Counted from the first letter of the stretch, positions 28,260-43,400 are shown. The stretch: DNA of 64,000 bases from Trichoplax adhaerens (GCF_000150275.1 NW_002060967.1:248001-312000), one strand, 5' to 3'. The notes: generated by a model not told the origin, from the sequence alone. Made by a program: numbers and translations.

Positions 28260-30540
28260 CAAGGGAAATTAGCCTACTTTTAAAATATACTAGATAATTT
28301 TTAAGGTGAATCTCTGCTATACCTTAGTTATCTTATAGGTAGACAGCTGAATTTTCGGTTAATCATATACATCATGCTACCACACTCGCGCTCTTTGTTG
28401 TTGTTGCTATACTTCCATTTGGTTCGTCTAATAGTAGGGAGGACGAACTATCCTCCATCAAGCTATCTACCATCTTCTAGTCCAATGTACAACTGGAACT
28501 ATTTTCCTATAATCTTACAACTTTAATATTGAGCTCATTTTGGGACTGTTCTCCAATAAGTTAAAGATAAGATGTTATTAGGAGATATTATAACGCACAT
28601 GATGCGGGATATGATGTAAGAAATAACATTTAACTGTAACTTGTATGCCAGTTTAATGGTGTTGAGTTATCAGGCTCAGTACGCCACGGTACCATAGTAC
28701 TTCGACTGCAGAAGCGAGCAATGGATCAAGTGAGGTTTATTTTGTTGGCCTAATTCTGTGTTGTGAGAAACTGTGCTTTAGGTGAATACAGAACAATTTC
28801 TTTACCATCTTCTAGTCTAATATACAACTGGAACTATTTTCCTACAATCTTATAACTATAATACGGTATTGAGTTCATTTTTGGCCTTTTCTCCAACAGT
28901 TTAAAATACACTTGGCAATTTTTTATGGCGAATCTCTACTATGCCTTAGTTACCTGGTAGGTAGGCTATTGAATTTTTAGTTAGTTATTGATATCTACAC
29001 GTCATATGTGCTGTACAGTAGCAGCAGTGGTATTGATTGTTGTTGCTACCATGCTTCAATTTGGTTCGTCTAATAATACCAAGGACCAATTATCCTCTGT
29101 TAATTAGCTATCTACGATTACTACACCCTCTTCTAGCTCAGTTTACCACTGGAATTATTTTGCCACATTCTTATCACTTTCATATTGAGTTCCTTTTCGT
29201 GGCTTTTCTCCAACAGATTAAAATACACTTGGCAATTTTCGAGTCGAATCTCTGCTATGCCTTGGTTACCTTGTAGGTGGGCTAGTTAATTTTCAGTGAA
29301 TTATACACTTTATGAGTGCGGTGTAGTAGTTGTAGTAGTAGTAGCACACTTGCTGCATTCAGTGTTGTTGCTGCCATGCTTGAATTTGGTTCGTCTAATA
29401 ATATCGAGGACCAACTATCCTCCATTAATTAGCTGTCTACGATTACTACACCCTCTTCCAGCCCTGTTTACAACTGAAATTATTTTTCCACATTCTTATC
29501 ACTTTTGTGTTGAGTTCATTTTAGGAGCTATTCTCCATCAGTTTAAGCTACATAGACAATTTTCAAGGCAAATCTCTAGTTCTCTTGTGAGTAGGCTACT
29601 AAATTCTCAGTCAATCATACACTTTATGAGAGCGGTGTAGAGTACTGCAGTAGTAGTACAGTAGTGGTAGCACACTCCATTTATTGTTGTTGCTGCGATG
29701 CTTGAATTTGGCTCGTCTAATGATACCGAGGACCAACTATCCTCCATTAATTAAGCTATCTACGATTACTACACCCTCTTCCAGCCCAGTTTACAACTGA
29801 AACTATTTTTCCACATTCTTATCACTTTCATATTGAGTTCATTTTGGGGCTATTCTCCATCAGGTTAAACTACACTTGGCAATTTTCAAAGGGAATTTCT
29901 GCTATGCCTTGTAACATTATGATCTCATATAGAAGATGCCTAGTATAGTAATATCCTAATATACGAATACTTATCGTATACCATTCAAATACTGTATTGC
30001 ATTACATTCATAACATACGACATCATGACGACATGCTATAAAGACATCATCTCAATCTCATCTAAAACCTATAAATACCCTTGTAAGCTAACTCGTTAGT
30101 TCGTTCTTGCTATCTCAAATACCTTATCTATAACAACCATATCATTGTTAGCCTATAACTTGTATCTCAATAAAATCCTTGATACCTTCTATCATCGTCT
30201 ACCTTCAAATACTTTACGCTACTTCAAGAAGATATTATTACATGCCTTAGCTCTCTTGTACTGTAGGTGGGCTACAGAATTTTCAGTCAATCAAACCCTT
30301 TATGAGTGCGGTGTAGTCGTAGTAGCAGTGGTAGCCTACTTGCTGCATTCATTGTTGTTGCTGCTGTGCTTTAATTTGGTTCGCCTAATCATACCGAGGA
30401 CCAACTATCCTCCATTAATTAAGCTATCTCGTACCATTTCTACACTCTCTTCCAGCCCAGTTTACAACTGGGCCTATTTTCCTACAATCTTCCAACGTTA
30501 ACCTTGAGTTCATTGGGGAGGTGAAAATTTTTCAAGGCGA
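28260..30540. repeat. Degenerate ~320-bp repeat array, about 5-6 units, with insertions
   Basis: ttggttcgtctaat...ggaccaactatcctcca...gctatctac...tacaactgg...attgagttcatttt near 28421, 29062, 29388, 29709 and 30378. This explains the similar ORFs at 29037, 29296 and 30145. Confidence 0.92.
29910..30242 (+). mobile_element. Solo LTR (333 bp) of an LTR retrotransposon
   Basis: Begins TGTAA and ends TTACA. Flanked by a perfect 5-bp TSD TGCCT (29905-29909 and 30243-30247). Interrupts the repeat-unit motif gctatgccttag. Contains TATAAATA (~30069) and AATAAA (~30169) in U3-R-U5 order. Confidence 0.82.
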
Positions 30541-33500
30541 GCCTGCCTGCAACAGTGATTGACCACGTTAGGCCGGTCACGTCATTGAATGTCAACCTGG
30601 GTCCCAATAATAATAGAATTGGTAATAATTGACAGTCGGCGTACTGTACCAATTCTTTCTGGTATCGAAGGTGGTTTATTGACTAAGGCCGTCATACAGT
30701 TATAAATGGTATAGTAGATTGTATGGCCGTTTAGCATCGCCAGGATTCATTATGGTTTTACAGTACTGTATTCTGCGTCCAAACGTCCCCACTAGTCCCC
30801 AGCGCATTTTGTCAATTTTTGTCAACGTACCAAAACCAAATCGATCAGAGTACCGCCGCCATCAGTTTGTTGCATTTTGTTAGCATTCAATGCTGCATTG
30901 GCACTGGGACGCCTTGTAAGCTAGAGCAATCGGACGATTGGTTCACCATCCGTAAGCACTGGCATCGAAAGTGCTGTGAGGTAAGCTTGTTTTCAGCCCA
31001 AACTATCACATAGAATGGTATCATCAACCCGTTGAAAGGTATTATGGCTACAATGACTTGTTTCGTTGCCACTGTTATAAGAAGGAGAGAAAAGAGTCCA
31101 ATCATTGTATAGACAATCGCACTCGAACACTATTGACTTGAAAATGATTCAAAATTGCAAATTGATAACTTGACGATAGAATGGACGTAGAAATGACTAC
31201 CAGCAACCGTCATCATCATCATCGATACTTTACAGTAGACGATTGGTAACTTGGCTGCATTGAATTCTCCATCCATAGTTGGTACTGTCGCTTCTGTTCG
31301 ACGTATTGTTATGTCTAACCTTGACCACCCTACTTATGCCATTGAATTCAACCTCGAAAAAGGAGAGATAGAGAATAGACGACTGAAATTACAGCACAAC
31401 CAAATTAGGCATTTTCAATCCTCCAGCACCTTATTTTTCACCGCTGATTCTACGGTGCTGTAGCATACCTACTGTATTTGAGATATATCAGGGTCCACTT
31501 CGGGTTATTAGCCCCAAGACAGACACAATATTGTAAAAAATGATAACTATCCCAACTCATTCGCAATACTCTTATTACCCGTACTAATATTATCCTGCGT
31601 GCAACAGTCAAATCTCCGGAGTATTCAGCTTTGAAATAGAAAGATTATACTAACACTACTAAACTAAAAAGTATCTTGACATGAGTGTTTCCATATCGCT
31701 TTACCGACGCTACATTTTTGAACGCTATCAGTTTGTAACATTGTGTATTCTCAAATTATAATAATTATTAACGTTTATGCTAGGCTCGGTAGACTGGACG
31801 ACACTAGACGAATAACTTAATAACGATTACTGTAGACTGTAGAGTATGGGACTAGCAGTCTTGTTCTTCGGTGCACAGCTGTTTACTACTACTTCACAAT
31901 ATCCATTGGGATTTGCGATGCTGCGCTCGTTATGATGTATTTCACATTTCACTCAACGTGCCATTCGTTGTAAATCAAACTATAATAAAAATATGAAATT
32001 GCCCTATCAATTGATGAATTGATAATTGCAGAACGCAGGGGGGGGGTACACAATGGCCCCTCTCCCCTTTTCAAAAAAGTCCCTGCAATGCCTATTATGC
32101 TAGGCGATGGTCAAATTTGGATCGCTCTGCATCCCTTTGAATATTCTTTACTCTTTAAAATGAAATCTTGACGTTGGTATGATTGACTGTATCCAATGTG
32201 TACAGTACTTGCGTAAATAGATCCATTTTAATCCATTTATGATGCTCTAGTTTTATCACCAGCATGATTTTGTATTGAAAGCAAGTATGTACATTGTACA
32301 CTACTAGTGCACTGTTGCACATTAATCCAGACGTATTTGGGATACAGTAAAAAGAGTGGGTTTATCACAGGCAGGATGGCAGTTTATTTTACATTTGACT
32401 GCTTCGGCAGTGTATGAGTTGACAGTAGCAATCAAAAACGTTGTCCCTTCTTTAATCATTAAAGTAACCTTTAACTACTCAGTAGTCTGGGATATGTGCT
32501 AATGTCAGTGTTTGAACGAAATAGGCTCAGATAAACAAAAAGAAAGCAAACAATTACAACAAAGCCAGAAATACGCTCTACTGTCAGTAGGCATTATGCA
32601 ACAAATAACAATACTGTATGCAGATGCAATAATACAAACATACAGTAATATGATTTAACGGGTTCAAAATTTTCTACTAGTGGTAGTGAAGAAAAGAAAG
32701 AGGGAAGGACTGTCATTTTTCCTTTCTGTACTGTGTACACTGTAATTTACTCCATATTGTACACGTATGTTGTATTTGAAGTTGTTGTAATAGTACATTG
32801 GCTCTAACAATTCTCATAATACACACTGGGTCATATCTTTGGGAATGGAACGCAATTTTTCGTCAACATGGCGGTATACTCGACAGAGTCTATTGACTAT
32901 AGTGTGCAGTCGAGAAGACGCGAATACTACTTTGGAAAATGAATTATACACTAGTTTTGGTTGTGTATTAATGATGACGACATTGTAGTACAATGTACTA
33001 TTCAGGAGAGTAATGTAGAAAGCATACTGTAGCTCTGGGGAGAAGAAAACTGAACTTGGATAGTAATAATACGGCAGAATCATATGGTTTAGAGCTAAAG
33101 TTGTACAGATTCCTATATCATGACAGTATTTTAGACCATATCCGTCCGATAAGTTTGTGAGCGAATCATTATATACGTCTATAATATTATTATGACTAAC
33201 ATGTAGTCCATGCAGTATCTATCCAATGACGTACAATTAGTTTATTTGCTTGAATTTATTAGTTACCGTTACAAGCCTTACAAAGCTCCCCTAAATGCTG
33301 TTCCAAAGATAGGATTATTTGGTAGAGATGGCTATCACCAAATTAGAATCATTCCGATCACTAATTTAAAGTTTGGGTTGGTCGATGAGATAAAACAAGC
33401 CCATACTGTAGAATAGAATTTGGAACAGGGTAAGCTAACACGCTCATCTTGTGCAATCATTCAGTTCATTGAGTACGATAGGTGGGCATTATCGACACGG

Positions 33501-33919
33501 GTGTAAGAGCCCAAGGTATCAGGGCGGCTAAGTCATTTTGCTGCGTCAATAAACAAATAATAATTCTAATATCACATTCTTTCGAAAACTAGTGGATATC
33601 ATTGAGCAAGTCTGCTGCTATTCACGGACAATCAGTGATGCAACGCAATGACTGCAATCGATTTTAGCAACGTATTTCAACCATCGTCAATCATTGTATG
33701 ATTAAGCTATATTATACGTAATACTGTTGATAACCCACAAGCCTTTAATGGCGTTGTGGGCTCAACAACAACGTGCCATGTCATCAACTACTACATTGCT
33801 GCGCATCTACTAGTCCATGGCCATGTTTCTACTTCTGATAGGCATCTAGAAAGTTTTTCCAACTGGGATTTTTTTGCTGATGATTACGTTGTTTTATTCG
33901 AGTCGTCAAGGTTGCTAAA

Positions 33920-33952
33920 AATAACGTCAGCTGATTGATGGTCACGTGCTTT
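33920..33952 (+). promoter_or_regulatory. Probable promoter elements of the OSBPL8-like gene (CRE-like acgtca and E-box GGTCACGTG)
   Basis: aacgtcagctgattgatggtcacgtg lies in a CpG-richer segment ~500 bp upstream of the candidate first coding exon. Confidence 0.35.
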
Positions 33953-34375
33953 TGGGTCTTGCCGTACCGTACCGGTTACAGTACCAGACAGTGTCGAGTA
34001 CAGTACTTAGTACAGTAATAATTGAATCTTCCAGAACGGGTGTCCGGGCTAAGACGTAGGATGTTGGAGAAAGTGGAAGTATGGAAGTATTTTGCGGGGT
34101 TTCTTGAGTCAATTTTATACCAAACGAAAGAGAATAAGTTGATTGACAAGGATCTGTCGTCAAAATTGCTGTACGACGTTTCATTTTTTCATAAATTACG
34201 TTTAAAGACAAACCGTTCTTTCAAAAACTACAGTACCCCCAAAATGGACAGTACTGATACATGCGTCATTGAGTACTATACACTGTACACTACTAATATT
34301 ACGTACTAACACTCGACTAAAAATTCTCACATCAACGGACTGCAATTTCAAGGAGGTTCAAGATTGCCACAACCG

Positions 34376-34400
34376 GCAGCAGCAGCAGCAGCAGCAGCAA
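34376..34400 (+). repeat. (CAG)n microsatellite, probably in the 5' UTR
   Basis: gcagcagcagcagcagcagcagcaa read directly. Confidence 0.9.
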
Positions 34401-34477
34401 CGTCTCCATTTTTGCAACCTATTTGTAATCGCAATTCTACTGGTCAAACCTTTTGCAGCTATTTTGAATTGTGCGCT

Positions 34478-37400
34478 ATGGATGATGACGGGGTAAATGC
34501 TAATCAAGTATTATTGATACATACAGCATGGCCACGGTCGAATTGATTGATTCTTGTTGATATTGTTGATTCGTTAATAGTAGCAGGCTGATGATAGGTT
34601 ATAACACGATGCTTGAAATTCGATCCAGTTGGAGTCCACACTGCATTCGCTAGTGGTTCATCATCAGTGTTGATTGATAATCATGAGTACAGCTAATTGA
34701 CAAGTTTATTCTTTTCCACTCTACATGTATCTCATTTTTTCCATGCAAATGTAGAGACTGTATGAACAGAAAGGCAGTCCTAAACCAATATCAGAATACT
34801 GTTTGAATTAATCATCCACGCGTCTATTCCGTTGTATTGTACTGCAGTAAAATCATCATCCCTCTTCTTTTTATTATAATATAGTATACTTCAACAGGAC
34901 GTACGTCTAGCTAACGACTTCTTTCCGATATTGTCAGTCAAAATGGACTACGACTGCAGTAATAGCCGAAAGATAGTCATGTTATCCTATACCCAAGTAT
35001 CGCTACTGTCCATTGAATGATAACCTTTCCATCAACAAAATCATCATCATACCAATGGATCATTACATCAAAATGCATACTGTCCAGCATTCATTTTAAA
35101 TATAGAAATGTTATAAATTAGTTCAAAGGAATAAAGCACATTCGACCGATCCTGCTTCCAACAACATCATTTTGGATTGTAGTATGATATTGTCAATACA
35201 TGTTGGAGATAGCATATCGATCTACAGTATAGACCACACTACACAAACATTTTCTCGGAAAATGATAACAATTAACAAGATGCTCCTTCCAAAGTTTCCC
35301 TTTCGGTCTCCGTTAGGTAAATGATTAACATTATCTTATCAATACTGTATAGTACCATTCGATTGGGTTTGGATACTGCTTTATCGGATTATAAAGTCAA
35401 TTATATCCAATCATCATGATCGATCCTCGTTGGAGATATATTGTCAACACTGAAATACAAGTGAACAATAATTGACATACTAGCATACACGTATCTTTCC
35501 ATTTGGCTAGACTACCCTCAATAGTGTTAAATTGAAATAGTATTCTACTGAACAGAACTCATGCTTACTACCTATATCTCAATTCTAATACTGTTTTAAC
35601 TTATCGGATTATTTCATCTTTTGCGCTATCGAATTTGAAATCACTGTTGTAGATGCCTACAAAGAACATTCATCGAATCGTTATAGCAATAATATTACTA
35701 TGAATCTAGTCGCTGACCACATCAATAGAAATAATTTGAAATACATTGATCAACCTTTGTTTGCGTTTTACAGCTAGACAAACTACTATTTTCCAGTCTA
35801 TAACATGTACGTGGCTATTATAGTATCATTGTCATGATAGTTTACGTCGCATATTAGATGAATATTGAGAAGACTATAAACTCTCAATACCAAATTATAA
35901 TTGAAAGTTGTGGTAGGATTAACTTACGCGTTTGTAGTTCATTTTATCCTAACTAGATCAAAATGTAAAATATTACTTACCGTAGGATCATCATAATATT
36001 TTTTAGCAAGACCGACATCGATCAATAGATGCATCAATTGAAATGATTTTACCTAGCCTAATGAAATTTGTCAGTAAGATGGAATTGATAATTTCTGTTA
36101 GCTTTTCTTATTACCTAGTCAACGGGTATACTTAATTATAGATTGACTGCAATTGTGGTTAATAAGTGCTATGATGTGACCCAGTTGCTATCAAGACTAG
36201 CTATCATTGAAGGAAAAGATAACCATTGTGATAGCAATAATAATGATGGTAATCATAATTTATAATTTATCATCATTACTGACTTGGCTATTGTTAAAAA
36301 TTATCCTAGACCAACTGTCAGTCTCACCGCTAGTTTAATTATAAACAGAAAGCGATCATTTTAACTGTAGCTTATTTGACTACGAACTTTTCTAAGAATT
36401 TTTGTTATGAAAAACATTTATCCGTATTTGTTATCGAGTTTATTTATCGGTCGTCTGATGCCATCATTATTTATGAGTAAATATGATCACTGATTGCCTC
36501 TAAAAAAGTAGCTCTAATTAAGTACTATGTTGATACTGCCAATATGCTACTGTACTCATTTATTTCATTTGGTCTACTTTCGAGTCGACTAACCAAGATA
36601 CATAATATGACTCTTTAATATCTCAGAAATTGATTTATTGCCATCTTATAAAGAGACTTGAACTTTCATGATTGAACTGTACACCAGTATTTTATGAAAC
36701 ATTCCGATATTATTGCAATTGAAATAAATGGATCAATCATCAGGAATGATAATATGCTTGACAGGATATGATAATAACAGATAACATTTCATTTTAATAA
36801 TAAAGTTATTACTAATAGCATATTCGTACACAATATTTTAAATTCGAATGCTGTCTAAAGAGAGGATGTGAAGGAAAAATCAGTATGCCGGAACCATATT
36901 ACCGCCACACCGTCACTTCTATTCATTGAACATGAGGCTGTTATAATATCATCTATTGACTATCCTTGGTATTGCATCAAAACTGGCTATGTTATGCCAA
37001 GTCCTTTTTCTTTCCTTTCATCTTGTCAAAGCCATCTAAACAGTTTAACATTGTATTTTTTTACACTTGATGATGAATTCGCTATTTTACGGTATTGTTT
37101 TGATGCTGATGTCGTCACGAACCTTACTAGTAGTGATTTGTACCCATTTGATTGTACTGTACTGTAATTGATTGTTAGCTTATTTTCAATTATGGGAGGG
37201 CTAATTTTTCAATTAATTTCGATGAAATAAATATACAGCCACAGATAACAAAATCAATTTTCTAATACGTACGCTAATTTATTTCATATCATTATGATTT
37301 AAACTACTTGACCAACTATTATCATAATTCTAAGAACTTTCATGTCACTTTGATCTCTGCTTCTTTCGATTACTATTGTCTATTTTGTAATATGGATGTT

Positions 37401-40400
37401 ATGAATCTATTTTAAAACGTTCATTGTTTATGATTATTCTTATATTTTAGTCGGATAAAATACTAATGGCTGGCGCTGATCACGGTCAGCCAAATAATCA
37501 GTCATCGCATAAGGTAAGAACTCGGTTAACAAAAGTTAAAATCGTAAATGTAATCTTCATATTGCAGTAGTTTATATCTCATGATGAGTAATTGAAGCAA
37601 GTTAGAAATACTTGGACCAAATAATATTTTTTATTCCTTGTATCATTTATTACATTTTATTACAGTCGTTTTAAGGTCATCATAGAGGCAATTACATACA
37701 ATGCTGGCTATCTTGAATTTTGTAATGGTTACTTTACATAATAATGACAGTCTGAGTATACACTTTGACTTCAAATTGTTGATATAGTTAATCATTGAAA
37801 TGCCCAATTAAAAAGTCATCGAAACCAATAGGAAAAGATAAATTGTTAGCATATCTGATTAAAACTACAATCTATTGAATGAATTTTTTCATCCGTTTTA
37901 TTTTATTGATATAGAAGTTATTACTAAGTGAGAAAAAAAGCGACGCGCTTTATAACGATAAACTTAGTCCTGATACAGGTAAGTTATCTACAACAAATAG
38001 GGAAGCTACGAAGTTATAGATGATCATTTACTATATTTTAACTTTCATTCACCATATAACAATATAATTAACAACCATGTTAGACCTATTATGTACATTG
38101 TACAGTATTCACACAATACTAGTTGTAGTGTTATTTTGAAATTCTCTCTTAGCTCGGATATATTATGCATTTTAGAAGCATTGAAGTATAATTGAATTAT
38201 TCTAGGGGAATATAATTCATGTTCTGAAGATATGAAACATTTACGACTGCCGCGTCATTCATATTCGGCAGGTCAGGATATACATGCAGGTCATGATTCT
38301 TCAGCTTGCAGTCAAGGTAATAGAGTTGTATTGATAGTGATACATAACGGAGCAAAATGAGGTTACAGCAGCCATTTTTTAAGACAGGTGTTCAAAAGAT
38401 GAATTAAAGAGCTGTAGGGAAAATAAATAGATTAAATTTAGTAACTTCAATTATTAAACTTAGTATAAACTGATTGCGTAAAAAAGCAAACAACAGTTAA
38501 CTACCTTAGGGCGTACTCTGTAAATATGATACGGGATACTAAATAGCAAAGCACCTTTATTGATAATTGTAATAATCCATTTGCCAAAAATTTAATCTAC
38601 TTATGTATCCTTTATGAGCAATTTTCTTGTAATATGGGATCCTTTATTTAATAATATTGACAATTAGAGTAGCTAATTGTTTTTGATACTGGAAAAACGA
38701 TCTTGCTAGGTGATATTTCTACTGAAGATGAGGATGGGCCAGCTTCTTTGTCATTCGATAGGGCCCATGCGGGTAGATATTCCTTTAATTATAAGGTAAA
38801 ATTGTGGACAAATTATGTGGCCTTACTCTAAGCATAGTACTGACTATACTAACTCCTTTTCCCATCTGACAGATTGGCGATAAGAAGTTAAGGAAAGAGT
38901 CTTTTAAGGTATTAATTAATCAAGATTTGGTATTCGCAATGAAATAATCAATTGCATCTAGAAATATTCATAAATTACTATATCATTATATGGGGATAAT
39001 TTAATTTTAGCTATTTTTAATTCTTCAAGTCTCTATACTCTATTCTTAAACTATGCCATCTATTATAAATTTCTACTCGTATTTTATGACTGGTCTTAAT
39101 CTATTTCCACTTTAATTGAGTAGGCTATGAAAATGAATTATAAATTAATCAAAAAGAAGGTGCATGAAGAGTCTTACAGTAGTCTAACTGATCCATCAGC
39201 GGTTATTACCCAGTCTTGGTTAAAGGTTGGTTGATTGAAACAATTTTATTATAGGTTTAGCAAGTCTGATTTGAAGTCCATTATATACACATGTATACGT
39301 CGTATATCAACAACTTTTCAAGCACTACTAAAGATGTATCTTCACTTTATTATTCAGATTCGGGGTTCATTAAAGACCTGGGCAAAGTATTGGTGCGTCT
39401 TAAAACCTGGAGTATTACTAATTTACAAACATCAAAAGGTACTTTGTATATTTCAGTTAGTAAAATGTATTGATCAACCAATCGAATCTGAATTTGAATT
39501 GATAATAAATTTAATTACGTTCTAGCGATCGTACAAAACAATACTTATATCCTAATTTATAGTTCGATTACACACTTGAGCTAATTTATGCTATATTTAC
39601 TAAATTCAAAGCATGAGCAATGGATAGGTACTGTTCTTTTAAACACATGCGATGTTATCGAGAGACCGTCAAAAAAAGAAGGATTCTGCTTCAAGGTTTA
39701 TCACCCATTAGACGAATCAATTTGGGCAACTAGGGTAATATATTTACTATTATAAATCGTAAAAATTCTTCAAGTCTCGATAGAAGTGCTTAAACTTGAT
39801 TATGATTGATTAAATTTTTCATTTAGGGTCCAAAGGGGGAATTATCAGGCTCAATTGCACAACCTATGCCTCGTGACCATCTTATCATTAGAGCAGCAAC
39901 AGAAGAAACTGGTTGATATCTTAATCTTCTATTGCAATTATATTCTTAAGGTATTAATACTCCTTTGTAAGTTAGTTTACTAATTGTTACAAAAATTTTA
40001 TGTAGGGAGATGCTGGATGGATTATATCGAAGTTTCTATCAAATCACGAAACCCTCATCCTCATGTTGATGTTAAAGATGATGCCGCTGATACTCCTACC
40101 CGAGAGGACGTAAACGCTAATGAACCAAAAGAAGACTTTGCAATAAAATACTTAACAGCTAACAAGTACAGAATTTATTGAAGCATAAATTTCAACTTAA
40201 TCTTTTAAACTGCTGTACTTGGATCGTTATCGTAGATTAATAAATTTTAACTTCATGTTATCTGACATGGTATTATAAGCAAGCCATAGTGTTTCATAAT
40301 TGATAATAACATTTTAATACGTTTATGTTTTGTTTTTATCGTTTGATTCAATAGAGATCTAGAAAGAAAGAGAGAATTCTTTGGACTGTCGGTAAAGCTA

Positions 40401-43400
40401 AATATGAAGCTAAAGTGCTATCTAAGCTATTCAGTGCTTCATCGTAGCTGTTACAATGATTATAATATTGAAAAAAATTTTATTGCTAATTTAGGAAACT
40501 GATGATCGTACAACAGGACCTGCTGAAGGCAGTGGTGAGCTATAAATAAATAATATAATTAATAAGAGCAAAATAAATCTGAATTAATTTGTGACACTAT
40601 CCTTGATACGGCCTGCATTTCAATGTCTAGACGCAATCTCTCTCAATCATGAGGACATCGTGGTTTCAACCTCTTATGTTCCTGGGCCATACGATGATGT
40701 AGTAGAGGTAAAGCTAATAATTCTTGCCAAATTTATAAGCAGATGACGAATTTTATTGGAGTTGAGTTTTAATACTGTATTATATTTCAGAGTGGAGAAT
40801 TGGTTGAATCAATGGAGGACGAAAATAAAAACCTTCTTTGGGCTATATTAAAGCAAGTACGTAAGGCCATGTCTTTGATTTAGAGTCCAATTAGCGTTGT
40901 TATATTCAAACTACTTATCTCAAAACGATATAATCTCTTAGGTTAGGCCAGGAATGGATTTATCCCGAGTTGTATTACCGACTTTTATTCTTGAACCTCG
41001 ATCGTTGCTGCAAAAGCTTGCTGATTATTACTTTCATGCTGATATCCTATCACGGTTTGTAAATGTGAAAAATTGATACATAAATGTACGTTTATTATAG
41101 TGTGTCATATTTAAAGGTATCTATAGCCATTATAGTTTTCAGTTTATTCAAGATGTAAAATGTATAGTAGATCCTTAAAGTTACTTACTGGAATTTTTTT
41201 CTATTATATAATTTAATTTCTTGGATATACGTATTACAGTGCTGCAAAAGAAGAAAGTCCTGTAGTTAGAATAAAAGAAATTGTTCGTTGGTATCTATCT
41301 GGATTTTACAAAAAGCCGAAAGGATTAAAAAAGCCTTACAACCCTCTTCTAGGAGAAATATATCGGTGCCAATGGAACCACCCAGAAACAGATTCAGTAA
41401 CATACTACGTTTCAGAACAGGTATCGTACTTTTAAGAATGTTTGCAGCTACAAGTAGCACCTTAGCTCGAAAAATGGTTTAGAAATGTCGTTACTATAAT
41501 CTAAAATATTTTTAATTCGTAACAGGTATCACATCACCCACCAATTTCAGCATTTTTCATGGCAAATCGAAAAGATGGATTTTGTCTAAATGCCTCAATT
41601 CTTACTAGATCGAAATTTTATGGTTAGCTCTCGTAATGAATAACGATAACGAAATCAAATTAACTTCACTGCATAACCTGTAGATAGCAATGATATAAGC
41701 TTAGTTAATTAGAGGTCTGGTTCAAGTAATTCTAATGATTCCACAAATTTGATGTCGAAAGGTAACTCAACGCAAGCGATTTTGGATGGTTCAGCGACTC
41801 TGATGTTGCTAGACCAAGGAGAAGAGTATATCATTACGTTACCATACGCAAACTGCAAAGGTTAGTCTATAAGAAATAGGCAATATATTATGATCGGTGC
41901 CAGTATGACATGATATATTTCCATTCTTAGCACTAATTGGAAACTAGTCTGTTAGGATACATATAATCTTTGCTTACGAGTATATATTAACACTATTTGA
42001 GTAATGCTTTAATTAATATATTACACATTATAGGTATATTAGTTGGTACGATGACAATGGAACTTGGAGGTGATATTTCCATTACATGTAAGAAGACTGG
42101 ATATACTGCTGAGATTTCTTTTAAATTAAAGGTACCATATATTCAACTTTGATGCTTGATAGACTGTTCGTAATAACAATTTTAAATATAAAGTTAATTT
42201 GTCTTCGCAACGGAAGTACTTGTTAGCCCCTTGTGAATTAGCTATTACATTTATTATAAGCTGATTTAAAAATTTTTTTTTAATCAATCGCTATTTCCTT
42301 TAGTCATTCTGGGCAAAGAAAGATGCTACTAATCTAATTAGCGGCAAAATTAAGCATGGTAAAGAGGTTCTATTTACCTTGGATGGTCACTGGGATGGAG
42401 AGATTTATATTACCGATAAAGTTACTGATGTGAGAATGTTACATCGATGATATACATTAGCCTATTTAAACGATATTGACTATTCAGTAAAGGAGATATC
42501 ATTGATCAATAACTTATAATTAATTATAGGAGAGATCATTGTTTTGGAATCCAACACCTGAAGTAAAGAAAAGTAGATTAAAAGTGAATGTTGTAGAATA
42601 CGAATCTCAAGATGATAACGAATCTGAAAAGTAAGTGTTTTTGCTTTTCCTAGACAAAATTGCTTAAATAATTTATGTACAGTATAAAGTTGATATTGGT
42701 ACCTTGTTTATATTAATTCAGGTTATGGAGTAAGGTAACTGAAGCTATCAATAAAAGTGATCAGGTAAATATGATATAAGGACAATTTTACTCTTAGCTG
42801 TAATTTTAATTTGCTGCTCATAATTCCAACATAGATTAATTTATCTATGTATTATATTAATATATAGGAAGCAGCAACTATTGAGAAATCAAAACTAGAA
42901 GATCGTCAGAGGAAAGACGCAAAAGAACGGAAAGACTGTGGTACTGAATGGCAACCAAAATTATTTAGCTGTGTGAACGAGGATGAAAATCGATATGTCT
43001 ATCGTTATATTGAGTAAGCAATAAAGTTTAAAATTTAAAATACTCATAAAATAGTTGTTGGGACTTATGAAGTAAATGTCCGGATGATTATTACGGTTAA
43101 TTATCTGTAAAGACGATATTGAGACCCTGATTTAAAAATTATTACATGATTTGTTACAGTATGCGACCTTGGGATCCAAGTAATGATTTAATGCAGTACG
43201 AATGGAATGGCGAAATTAAAACACAAAGGCGGCATCGTAACCCTGTAGTAAAAAATCTTGTTAAAAGGGAATCGTCACTTACTAAAAACGCTAGTAGAAA
43301 AGTTGTCAGAATGAATAGCCACAGGAAACAAGTCGATTCTAGTTCTGATGAATCATCAATTACACACACTACTGGAAGTGAAAAAAGAGAAATGTCAATA

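Noticed and set aside
29037-30501. Hydrophobic ORFs containing NLVRLIIPRTNYP
   Set aside because: They derive from the ~320-bp repeat, mostly have non-ATG starts, and frames are not preserved between copies.
30887-31105. Minus-strand 72-aa ORF with hydrophobic N-terminus
   Set aside because: No recognisable domain, and the stronger splice and promoter signals are on the plus strand.
34269-34546. PolyQ or polyA protein ORFs
   Set aside because: TTG starts and no other coding signal; better explained as a CAG microsatellite in a leader.
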